DNA of 32,000 bases from an uncultured Alphaproteobacteria bacterium (lineage in GTDB: Bacteria; Pseudomonadota; Alphaproteobacteria; UBA3830; JAIRWN01), in NCBI GenBank assembly GCA_964369315.1, contig CAYJEJ010000002.1, positions 102,184-134,183 on the forward strand, in the 5' to 3' direction. The notes beneath the pieces are model-generated. The model saw only the letters and a list, made by a program, of their open reading frames with translations. It had not been told where the DNA came from and did not search any database. A program made the position numbers and the translations under genes. The first letter of the stretch is position 1. Every line of letters starts with the position of its first letter. Of the stretch, positions 20,031-28,663 are shown piece by piece.

Positions 20031-20075
20031 GGGTGTTTGAGGTTTTTGTTGAATCTTGAACACCCTTTTATTATT
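20031..20075 (+). terminator. Terminator-like hairpin downstream of rplL
   Basis: GGGTGTT (20031-20037) and AACACCC (20059-20065) arms followed by TTTTATTATTT; loop rather long. Confidence 0.55.
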
Positions 20076-20173
20076 TATAGGTTTTAGCAGTTATATTTTT
20101 ATAATATAATGACCTAGATTTATTATTTGAATCTGACTTTTTAAGTGTTTTTAGATTTTTTGAAGGCTTTTTT

Positions 20174-21202
20174 ATGAAACAGGGGATTGTTGCACTAATA
20201 CCAGCATATAAGCCAGATAAAAAATTAATCAAATTGTGTGAATCCCTTTTGGATAGTGATAAATTCTGTAAAATTGTCTGTATAGATGACGGCAGTGGGA
20301 CAGAGTTTGATTGGATTTTTAAGCAGTTAACCTCAATAGATATTGTCGTGAAAAAGCACGCTGTTAACTTAGGGAAAGGGGCGGCTTTGAAGAGTGGCAT
20401 AAACTATGTATCGGTCACATGCCCTGACATTATTGGTGTTGTTACATTAGATGCGGATGGTCAGCACTTGGTAAAAGATGTCTTGGCTGTTGCTGAAGAA
20501 CTTGAAAAACATCCAGATAAACTAGTTATGGGAGTTAGGCAGTTTCATGATGCAAATATACCATTGCGTAGTAGGTTTGGAAATTTGATGACAAAGTTTA
20601 TGATGCGTGTTTTTGCAAGAATATCGGTTTCTGACACGCAAACAGGACTTAGAGGCATTCCATCTTTGCTTTTTTTAAAGCTATTAAAGTTGAAAACAAC
20701 TGGTTATGATTTTGAACTAGATATGCTAATGAGAGCGAAAGAACACGACATTAGCTTTATAGAAAAATCCATCACCACTGTTTATGAAAATAATAATGCC
20801 TCATCGCATTTTAATCCTTTTTATGATTCTTTAAGAATTTATATGGTGTTTTTAAGGTTTCATATATCAGCTGTCACCTCATCTTTAATAGATTATTTTT
20901 TGTTTTTTTTGAGTATCAGTTTGTTTAATAGTGTTATTGTTGGACAATTGTTGGGCAGAATAATCGGTGGGACGTTTAATTTTTATGTAAATAAAAATTA
21001 TGTGTTTTTATCTAAAAAAAGTTATAAAAAAACATTAATTTTATATATTCTAAACGTGATTTTTTCAGGAACTTTATCTTATTTCTTGATTGTCGGTTTG
21101 AATAACTCGTGCACAATTAATTTATACGCCATCAAGCTTATGGTGGAGTCATTTTTATTTGTTATAAATTTCGTAATTCAAAGGGAAATTGTTTTTAAAT
21201 AG
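20174..21202 (+). CDS. Family 2 glycosyltransferase (GtrB/DPM-like) fused to a C-terminal GtrA-like membrane domain
   Basis: ALIPAYKPDKKLI, VCIDDGSG, VVTLDADGQH, SDTQTGLRGIP in the GT2 part; C-terminal 4-TM domain with ARIIGGTFNFYVNKNYVF-type GtrA motif (GRIIGGTFNFYVNKNYVFLSKK). Confidence 0.87.
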   Translation: MKQGIVALIPAYKPDKKLIKLCESLLDSDKFCKIVCIDDGSGTEFDWIFKQLTSIDIVVKKHAVNLGKGAALKSGINYVSVTCPDIIGVVTLDADGQHLVKDVLAVAEELEKHPDKLVMGVRQFHDANIPLRSRFGNLMTKFMMRVFARISVSDTQTGLRGIPSLLFLKLLKLKTTGYDFELDMLMRAKEHDISFIEKSITTVYENNNASSHFNPFYDSLRIYMVFLRFHISAVTSSLIDYFLFFLSISLFNSVIVGQLLGRIIGGTFNFYVNKNYVFLSKKSYKKTLILYILNVIFSGTLSYFLIVGLNNSCTINLYAIKLMVESFLFVINFVIQREIVFK

Positions 21203-21233
21203 GATAAGTTGCAAAGATATAAGTCAAAAGGAT

Positions 21234-22712
21234 TTAATATTTTCTGTACACATGTATAGAAAGGTTAACGTCATTGAATTGATAGATTTTTTTGAATATA
21301 GAACGATTATTTATTGAAAAGGTCTCTTTAGCGATTAATAGGTCTATTTCAGGATTATTTTCATCATCGCCCCATCTTTTTATTATATAAAGGACATTAA
21401 AATTTTCGTCTCTATAGATTTCGCCTAGGTTATTTACATATTTAGCAGATAAACCATGATAAATAGGGACAAAAAGTCTTTTTATAGAAGGGAATGTGAT
21501 GATGTTGTCTTTATTTGATATAGGAACATCGTTTGGATTAAAATTTACAAAGTGTTTAGTATACCCTTCTTTAAAAGGTATAATGTTGTTAAATGAAAAG
21601 CAAAAAACCGATAAAGCGAAGACAGTGTAAGTAATTTTAGGTGAAGAAATTCTATTTAGTAGCTGAGGGTTATTTTTTTCTAAGTAATATTTAATATTCG
21701 TACAAATTGTGATGAGAGCAAGCGGCAGACCATACACTATATAACGTAGTAAAACGGTCAAAGGTGCCATGAGAACGATAGTCATGTAAAAATAGCCCAA
21801 AATAAGATTTGGTAACATGGTTGTAAGCGAAATTAGGTTGATTTTCCAAGTTAAAGATTTTCTTTTTTCAGAAACAATAAACCTGAAGTTTAATATCATG
21901 ATAATAATCATAAAAATAAGGATTGGGAACTTTATGAATTTTTTAAATGCCAAAGATAAGCCCTCAAGAATTAGGTCAGGCTTTATAATTAAAGCAGAAG
22001 AATAAAAAGAGAAATCGCTATTCTTATGGATTGCAAAGATTGAATTCAAGATAAAATTACCTAAAAAATAAATCAAAAGGAATATGGATGAATGGATTAG
22101 GTATTTTTTAACATTTTTATAGGCTAGGGGGGTGAGAAGTGCAAATTGGAACGCTTGCGACCTAAAAAGGCATCCTAAACCAGCAAATATGGGAGAGATA
22201 AAAGGCTTATCAAGAATGATATAATAAGCAGAGATGATGGAAAACATCATCAGCCAAGTGTCAGTCAGGCTTCTTATAGATGTTGATATATAAATTTTAA
22301 AGAGTGGGCAGGCGAGAAGGAAGAAAATTATAAAGAGAGAAGCAAATTTCGAGAAGAATAACCTAGCAATTTTATAGATAAAGAAATTAGTGATAGCAAA
22401 TATAAAACAAGAAAGGTAGGCAACATAAACAATCTGAGGTATTAAGCCAAAAGCTCCACCTGAGAATATAGCAGATATTAATTGGAAAGGGATGGACGGA
22501 TAAGACCCTATTGGTGGTTGGTTTTTTAATAAATTGAGACCGTAATATAGATAACTTGAGGCATCAACATTATCAAAGCCCAAACAACATTTAGTCGCAA
22601 CAGACTTATTTATCGCGAGATAAGAGAAAAATAGGATAAGAACATATGCGAGCCATTCGCTATGTAATATTTTTTTCAAGAAGCTGTCAGGCTCTCTCTC
22701 TGCTGAGTTCAT
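21234..22712 (-). CDS. Multi-TM membrane protein, probable GT-C-type glycosyltransferase
   Basis: 492 aa, about 10-12 hydrophobic segments; acidic pair after TM1 (GFDNVD) and C-terminal soluble part, typical layout of GT-C enzymes. Confidence 0.55.
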   Translation of the reverse strand: MNSAEREPDSFLKKILHSEWLAYVLILFFSYLAINKSVATKCCLGFDNVDASSYLYYGLNLLKNQPPIGSYPSIPFQLISAIFSGGAFGLIPQIVYVAYLSCFIFAITNFFIYKIARLFFSKFASLFIIFFLLACPLFKIYISTSIRSLTDTWLMMFSIISAYYIILDKPFISPIFAGLGCLFRSQAFQFALLTPLAYKNVKKYLIHSSIFLLIYFLGNFILNSIFAIHKNSDFSFYSSALIIKPDLILEGLSLAFKKFIKFPILIFMIIIMILNFRFIVSEKRKSLTWKINLISLTTMLPNLILGYFYMTIVLMAPLTVLLRYIVYGLPLALITICTNIKYYLEKNNPQLLNRISSPKITYTVFALSVFCFSFNNIIPFKEGYTKHFVNFNPNDVPISNKDNIITFPSIKRLFVPIYHGLSAKYVNNLGEIYRDENFNVLYIIKRWGDDENNPEIDLLIAKETFSINNRSIFKKIYQFNDVNLSIHVYRKY

Positions 22713-22859
22713 AGTAAACGCTTTATAAGGTAAGATTATATAATATCAATGTTTTTAACATAATAAATGCAGGGATTTTAGTCAATTTTTATTTTTTAAA
22801 ATTGAATATTCGCCATGGTCAGGTTATTCTGTAATCAGTGTTAAATCTTTGGAGCAGTT

Positions 22860-23294
22860 ATGAAAGAATCTTTAATAAAACAACTGAACTTGGTCTTAGT
22901 TGACACCTATTCTTTATATCTTAAAACGCAGTGTTATCATTGGAATGTTAGTGGTACCGGTTTTTTAGGCATTCATCAGATGTTAGAAGGGCAATACAGA
23001 AGTTTGGCAGACACGATTGATGAGATTGCTGAACATATGCGGGCGTTGGGTCATAAAGTGCCCGCTGGTTTTGACCTGTTTTCTAAGGTTACGACTTTAA
23101 AAAATGGAAACCCAGATTATTCATCTTTGGAAATGATAAAAGACTTGGCGAGTGACCACGCGTCATTAGAGGAGCAATTTAAACAATTAGCGATATTATC
23201 TGAGAAGATGGGTGACCATGTAGTCGCGGGTTTCTCTGCTCAGCGGATGGAATATCATAGAAAGACAGCTTGGCTGATTTCTAGTCATATTTAA
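22860..23294 (+). CDS. Dps/ferritin-like DNA-protection protein
   Basis: QCYHWNVSGTGFLGIHQMLEGQYRSLADTIDEIAEHMRALGHKVP: Dps ferroxidase-site pattern. Confidence 0.92.
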   Translation: MKESLIKQLNLVLVDTYSLYLKTQCYHWNVSGTGFLGIHQMLEGQYRSLADTIDEIAEHMRALGHKVPAGFDLFSKVTTLKNGNPDYSSLEMIKDLASDHASLEEQFKQLAILSEKMGDHVVAGFSAQRMEYHRKTAWLISSHI

Positions 23295-23376
23295 TCTAGT
23301 GTTTTTATCCTATCAATTTAATATTAGATTTTTCTTGGGAAGATAATAAAGTCCAATATTTTGCGTTAAAAAGCGA

Positions 23377-23403
23377 TTAAGCGAGGTGTCTTGCCTCGCT
23401 TAA
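23377..23403. terminator. Strong intergenic hairpin, probable terminator (best oriented for the - strand gene)
   Basis: TTAAGCGAGG (23377-23386) / CCTCGCTTAA (23394-23403), 10-bp perfect stem, 7-nt loop; on the - strand followed after TCGC by TTTTT. Confidence 0.65.
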
Positions 23404-23447
23404 TGGTTGGTTGTTAGTCTAATTTTATCTTTTGAAATGCAGTTTTT

Positions 23448-24029
23448 TTAATCTTGATTTTTTTGAGTTTCGTCTCCAATGCTTTGCATTTCTATTTCTA
23501 TATCATTTTCCGACCTTGTTGTATTTTTATCACCTGTTTCTGTTGTTGCAAGTGACTTTCTTGTGTTATCAAAGTTTATTAACGATTTTTCTAAAGCATG
23601 TACAGCATAATTACAGCCTGCATAAGCAAGACCACCAAAAACACCTACAACAATGGATATTTTTTGAGTGGGAACGATATATTCATCTAATAATGGAAAG
23701 TAATCTCTCATTGTTGTTGTTACTGTAGCGACAGTGGCACCTGTCCAAGCAATAACTTGAGATAAACCCTGTAAAGGATATAGAGTTTTGACCAATACTT
23801 TCATTCCAGTATTAATGAAACCGCATTGTGCGATAGTTCTTAATTGCTCAGTATTTTCTATTTTTGTGCTTGGTGTTACAGTTTCTGTACCATATGTTTG
23901 AATTCTTAAGACTATTTCTTTACTTTCTTTTTTTAAATCTATTTCTATCGGCTCTGTTTTCGATGCGAAGGATTCATTATTTATGGCTAATAATGTTATT
24001 AGTGAAAGGGGAAATAAAATTTTCTTCAT
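23448..24029 (-). CDS. Uncharacterised exported/membrane protein (193 aa)
   Basis: Signal-like MKKILFPLSLITLLAINNESFA, two hydrophobic segments, charged C-terminus; no family recognised. Confidence 0.65.
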   Translation of the reverse strand: MKKILFPLSLITLLAINNESFASKTEPIEIDLKKESKEIVLRIQTYGTETVTPSTKIENTEQLRTIAQCGFINTGMKVLVKTLYPLQGLSQVIAWTGATVATVTTTMRDYFPLLDEYIVPTQKISIVVGVFGGLAYAGCNYAVHALEKSLINFDNTRKSLATTETGDKNTTRSENDIEIEMQSIGDETQKNQD

Positions 24030-24393
24030 AAAAATCTCCTGTTGTTTTATTGTATAATTATTATTGCCAAATATGATGAATAAATTCCTAAAAAAATAAT
24101 TTTAATAATATTTTTTATATTTTTTTTTATATAGTATTGTTTTGGTTATAAGCAATTTATGGCTTGTTATATTTGATGTTGATTTATATTTTTCTCATAA
24201 AAAAATCCTGCACAATGTTTGGTAAATTTTTGTAATAATAAATTTGGTGACAGGTGTTTTATATGTACATCATTTGATGATATGAAATATTTGGGTCAAA
24301 TATAGGCATTTATACTTGAACAGGATAATTAAACTAAATTAAGGCTCAAAATTTTTGATGTAATTTAAAGTCTAGTGGCTTGCCAAAAGGTCG

Positions 24394-25887
24394 CTATAAT
24401 TTCTGCTTAAGTGTCGGAAATGCGATTACATCACGAATAGACATTGAATTGGTCATCAACATCACAAGCCTGTCGATTCCGATGCCCAAACCAGCACAAG
24501 GGGGCATGCCATACTCGAGTGCTGTTATGAAATCTTCATCCATACAATGAGCCTCTTCGTCCCCAAACTCGCGAGCTTTGAGCTGGTCTTCAAAACGCAA
24601 ACGCTGAACCAATGGGTCATTAAGCTCAGAAAAACCATTCGCTACTTCCCACCCGTTAATATAAGTTTCAAAACGTTCAGTTAAACGAGCATCTTTTGGA
24701 TGAACCTTAGCTAAAGGTGAAATTTCTGACGGCAACTCTGTAACATGTGTGGGTTGAATCAACAAATGTTCGGCTTTTTCTGCAAAAACAGCCTCAACAA
24801 CTCTTCCCCAACCAAAGTTTTTATCAACGACCACCCCAAGTTTTTTAGCCTGCAACCGAGCGTCTTCGTCATTGCTAATAGATAAAAAGTCAATCCCTGT
24901 AGCTTCTTTGACGAGCTCCGTCATGGTTTTTCTTGTCCATGGGAGGGAAAAATCCAAAATTTTGTCTTCATATTCAATCTTTTGCTTACCATCATGTAAA
25001 GCAGATGCGACAGAAGAGATGATTTTTTCCGCTAAGTTTATTACAGTTTCATAGTTACAATATGCTTGATACACTTCTATAGTGGTAAATTCGGGATTAT
25101 GCCTAGTAGAGATGCCTTCATTTCTAAAACAACGATTAATCTCGAACACTTTTTCACTTAGTCCGCCCACTAAAAGCCTTTTTAAATAAAGCTCTGGTGC
25201 GATTCTGAGGAAAAGGTTCATGTCTAATGCATTGTGGTGAGTGACGAAAGGTTTTGCTATCGCACCACCAGCAATTGGTTGAAGCATTGGCGTTTCAACC
25301 TCTGTAAAACCATCTTGAGTTAAAACATTTCTTATAGTGGCAATTGTAGAGCATCTTTTTTTAAAGGTATCGCGGGATTGTTGGTTGATAATCAGGTCAA
25401 TATATCTTTGACGATATTTTATCTCTCGGTCAGTTAGACCGTGATACTTTTCAGGCAAGGGCAACAAACATTTTGAAAGGAGTTCAAGTTGCTCCGCGTC
25501 AACAGTTATCTCCCCCCTAGGGGTGCAACGAACCCGCCCTTTGACGCCAATAATATCGCCCAAGTCAAGAGATTTTAAAACGAAAATATTGTCTTCGGAA
25601 AGAGTTTTATCGCTGGAAAATATTTGAATTTTACCGCTCGGGTCATAAATGTCGATAAACATTCCGCTGTTACGAATGGACATAATGCGACCCGCAACTG
25701 AAATAAAAACGCCGCTTTCTTCACCCTTTTCTAAGTTAGAAAACTGTGACAAAACTTCTTCTGCAGAATGGGTTTTTTCAAATTTATACGGATATGGCTC
25801 TAAATTTTTCTCGCGAAAATGTTTTAATTTCATTAAACGGGCACTACGTATTTGCCCTTGTTCATTATCAGTATCAATATTTGTCAT
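24394..25887 (-). CDS. lysS: Class II lysyl-tRNA synthetase
   Basis: KYRQRYIDLI, FTEVETPMLQPIAGGAIAKPFVTHHNALDMNLFLRIAPELYLKRLLVGG, FRNEGISTRHNPEFT, GLGIGIDRLVMLMT. Confidence 0.97.
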   Translation of the reverse strand: MTNIDTDNEQGQIRSARLMKLKHFREKNLEPYPYKFEKTHSAEEVLSQFSNLEKGEESGVFISVAGRIMSIRNSGMFIDIYDPSGKIQIFSSDKTLSEDNIFVLKSLDLGDIIGVKGRVRCTPRGEITVDAEQLELLSKCLLPLPEKYHGLTDREIKYRQRYIDLIINQQSRDTFKKRCSTIATIRNVLTQDGFTEVETPMLQPIAGGAIAKPFVTHHNALDMNLFLRIAPELYLKRLLVGGLSEKVFEINRCFRNEGISTRHNPEFTTIEVYQAYCNYETVINLAEKIISSVASALHDGKQKIEYEDKILDFSLPWTRKTMTELVKEATGIDFLSISNDEDARLQAKKLGVVVDKNFGWGRVVEAVFAEKAEHLLIQPTHVTELPSEISPLAKVHPKDARLTERFETYINGWEVANGFSELNDPLVQRLRFEDQLKAREFGDEEAHCMDEDFITALEYGMPPCAGLGIGIDRLVMLMTNSMSIRDVIAFPTLKQKL

Positions 25888-25920
25888 ATAAAAACAACCA
25901 ACTTTAAAAAATTTAATAAA

Positions 25921-26604
25921 CTAGAGTTCTTGACCTTGAAGCATCAGTTGTGCTCTGCGAACTATACCAATGGGTGCATCTTTCATTTTTGCCAAATGCT
26001 GAAAAAGTTCTTTGGCTTTTACTTTATCACCCTCTTTTAAATATAAGTGAGCCATCATCTCGGTCGCAGAAAACATAAATGGTCTTCCTGCCATAGTGAG
26101 GGGCTCTAGCTTTTTTATCAATTCAGCAGGCTTCAAAAAGTCAAACTCATAAGCAACAGATGTGATTGTTGCCAAATCTCTCCATAAGATGTCATAATTT
26201 TTGTTATTCGCAATCAGTGCAAGTTCATCAAGCTCTTGTTCTTGAACCTCATTTAATTTGCCTTTTTGGTCGTCATATGCCCTGATTCTTAATCCTGTGT
26301 AGAAAAGATTGGCTAAAATCTTGGCGTCTTTGGGTGCTTGGTCGCTTAGCTGTTTTAGTGATGCGAACGCTTCATTAATTTTTCCTTGTTCGATTTGGTT
26401 TATTGCGTTAGTAAACAGCTCAGTGTGTTTTGTCGCCTCAGCCTTTTTGTGGTCAACCCAAGTAGTATAACCAATAATCATTGCTATAATTAAAACGATT
26501 AAAGCAATAAAATACTTTCCATACTTGTTCCATAACGACAAAATCTTATCGCGACGTAAATCTTCATTGATTTCGCTGTCAAGTTCATCAAAAATTTCTG
26601 ACAT
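25921..26604 (-). CDS. YfgM-like tetratricopeptide membrane protein
   Basis: 227 aa; single N-terminal TM (YFIALIVLIIAMIIGYTTWVD) followed by alpha-helical TPR-like repeats. Confidence 0.72.
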   Translation of the reverse strand: MSEIFDELDSEINEDLRRDKILSLWNKYGKYFIALIVLIIAMIIGYTTWVDHKKAEATKHTELFTNAINQIEQGKINEAFASLKQLSDQAPKDAKILANLFYTGLRIRAYDDQKGKLNEVQEQELDELALIANNKNYDILWRDLATITSVAYEFDFLKPAELIKKLEPLTMAGRPFMFSATEMMAHLYLKEGDKVKAKELFQHLAKMKDAPIGIVRRAQLMLQGQEL

Positions 26605-26704
26605 TTTAATATATCTCCAACTAATATAATGGTTAGCACATTAGATATAATTTTGTAATAAAAAACTCAATATAACTTTAAAAATTCCAAAAAAAATTAG
26701 TGTT

Positions 26705-28051
26705 TTATTTCTTCTCAATTAGCTTTTCTAAGGTAGTTATATCATAATTACCAGAAATTATTTCATCTGAATTTAAGATAAATTTATGTAATGGAATCAG
26801 AGTATCAACCCCAGAGATGACATATTCATCCAATGCTCTATGAAGCCTTGCCAAACATTTTTCTCGGCAAGAGTCGTATACAACCAGCTTTGCAATCAAG
26901 CTATCGTAATAGGGGGGGATTTTATATCCAGCATACATATGGCTGTCAACCCTAATTCCTGCTCCACCAGGGGGGTGATAGCTTTGTATAACGCCAGGTG
27001 AGGGGAAAAAAGTATTTGGATTTTCCGCGTTAATGCGGCACTCAATAGCATGACCAGAGAATTTAACCTGTTCTTGCGAGAATGACAGCTTTTCCCCAAA
27101 CGCAACTCGAATTTGTTCCCTTACGAGGTCGACACCTGTAACGAGCTCAGTTATTGGGTGTTCAACCTGCAATCTTGTGTTCATTTCTATAAAATAAAAC
27201 TTACCATCAGAAAACAAAAATTCCACGGTGCCGACACCAAGATATCCAAGTTTTTTCATCGCGTTGACAACAATATCGCCCAAGTCATTACGTTGCGACT
27301 CTGATATCGCAGGGCTACAAGCTTCCTCAAAGATTTTTTGATGACGCCTTTGAATCGAGCAATCTCTCTCTCCAAGGTGGACAACGTTCCCGTGGCTATC
27401 AGCAATAAGCTGAATTTCGATATGACGAGGATTAGCGAGATATTTTTCTATGTATACTTCACTATTGCCAAATGCGGCCAAAGACTCTCTTTTCGCCATT
27501 TCCATCGCTTGAGATAATTCAGATTCATTTTGAACAATCTTCATGCCTCGACCACCGCCGCCACTGGTCGCTTTAATTAGTATTGGATAGCCGATATTTG
27601 AAGCGATTTTTTGTGCTTCAGAAAGGTTCGCCACACCTCCATCAGAGCCTGGAACGACAGGAATTCCCAAACTTTCAGCGATTTTCTTGGCTTGGATTTT
27701 ATCGCCCATTTGCTTAATATGGTTTGAAGACGGACCTATGAAAACAAGGTTATGTTCGTCAATTATTTCAGCAAAATCAGAGTTTTCACTTAAAAAACCA
27801 ACCCCAGGATGAATAGCATCGGCACCAGTGATTATTGCAGTTGTGATTATTGCGGGGATATTTAAGTAACTATCCTTACTTTGAGCTCCGCCTATACAAA
27901 CGCTTTCATCCGCCAAGCGAACGTGCATAGATTCTGAATCAGCGGTAGAGTGCACGGCAACGGTTTTAATGCCCATTTCTTTGCAAGCACGCATCACTCG
28001 TAATGCAATTTCTCCACGATTAGCAATCAGTACTTTTTTGAACACTCTCAA
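26705..28051 (-). CDS. accC: Acetyl-CoA carboxylase biotin carboxylase subunit
   Basis: KVLIANRGEIALRVMRAC, ATSGGGGRGMKIV, ERDCSIQRRHQKIFEEACSP, FIEMNTRLQVEHPITE. Confidence 0.97.
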   Translation of the reverse strand: MRVFKKVLIANRGEIALRVMRACKEMGIKTVAVHSTADSESMHVRLADESVCIGGAQSKDSYLNIPAIITTAIITGADAIHPGVGFLSENSDFAEIIDEHNLVFIGPSSNHIKQMGDKIQAKKIAESLGIPVVPGSDGGVANLSEAQKIASNIGYPILIKATSGGGGRGMKIVQNESELSQAMEMAKRESLAAFGNSEVYIEKYLANPRHIEIQLIADSHGNVVHLGERDCSIQRRHQKIFEEACSPAISESQRNDLGDIVVNAMKKLGYLGVGTVEFLFSDGKFYFIEMNTRLQVEHPITELVTGVDLVREQIRVAFGEKLSFSQEQVKFSGHAIECRINAENPNTFFPSPGVIQSYHPPGGAGIRVDSHMYAGYKIPPYYDSLIAKLVVYDSCREKCLARLHRALDEYVISGVDTLIPLHKFILNSDEIISGNYDITTLEKLIEKK

Positions 28052-28065
28052 CCTCTAATAACTTA

Positions 28066-28584
28066 TTATTCAATAACAATTAATGGCTCATCAAATTCAA
28101 CGGGTTGGCGGTCTTGTACTAAAATCTTTTTAACCACGCCGTTTTTAGGTGATTTAATTAGGTTCATCACCTTCATAGCCTCTATGACCAATAAAGTCTG
28201 CCCATCTTTAACCTCGTCGCCGACCTTTACAAAAGGTTGTTCATCTGGTGAAGGTGCGACATATACAACTCCGACCATCGGGGATTTTATGGCTTCAAAC
28301 TGCTCTTCTTCACATGGGTTTTGTTCACCTAAGTCTTTTTCAGGTTTTTGTGCGGTTCGACTTTCCTCATGAATTGTTGGCGAGGTTGAACATGCTGACG
28401 GTTGTGGAATCGCAAATTGTGCTGCATGAGTAGGGGATACAATGGTGTTTGTCACGGTCGCGGACTTAGCAACCCTGATTCTAAGCGAATCTAGTTGATA
28501 TTCAATTTCAGTTACCCCTGTTTCTTTAAGTAGCAGGGCTAAAGACCTAACAGATTCGGCGTCTATATGATTTTTTTTATCCAT
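28066..28584 (-). CDS. accB: Biotin carboxyl carrier protein of acetyl-CoA carboxylase
   Basis: C-terminal biotinyl domain with EAMKVMN; adjacent to accC. Confidence 0.95.
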   Translation of the reverse strand: MDKKNHIDAESVRSLALLLKETGVTEIEYQLDSLRIRVAKSATVTNTIVSPTHAAQFAIPQPSACSTSPTIHEESRTAQKPEKDLGEQNPCEEEQFEAIKSPMVGVVYVAPSPDEQPFVKVGDEVKDGQTLLVIEAMKVMNLIKSPKNGVVKKILVQDRQPVEFDEPLIVIE

Positions 28585-28663
28585 TTTTATTAATATGACC
28601 TAATTTTCTCACCGATTATACACAAAACTGTTCGATTTAACAATAAACGCTTAATGACTAAAT

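Noticed and set aside
19606-20400. - strand ORFs 19606-19941 and 20071-20400
   Set aside because: The first is an antisense frame of rplL; the second overlaps the GT2 gene and intergenic terminator region with no recognisable motif.
24030-24393. Possible small RNA or decayed gene in the 364-nt gap between lysS and the 193-aa protein
   Set aside because: The region is AT-rich with no clear hairpin, RNA family signature or long ORF; insufficient evidence.
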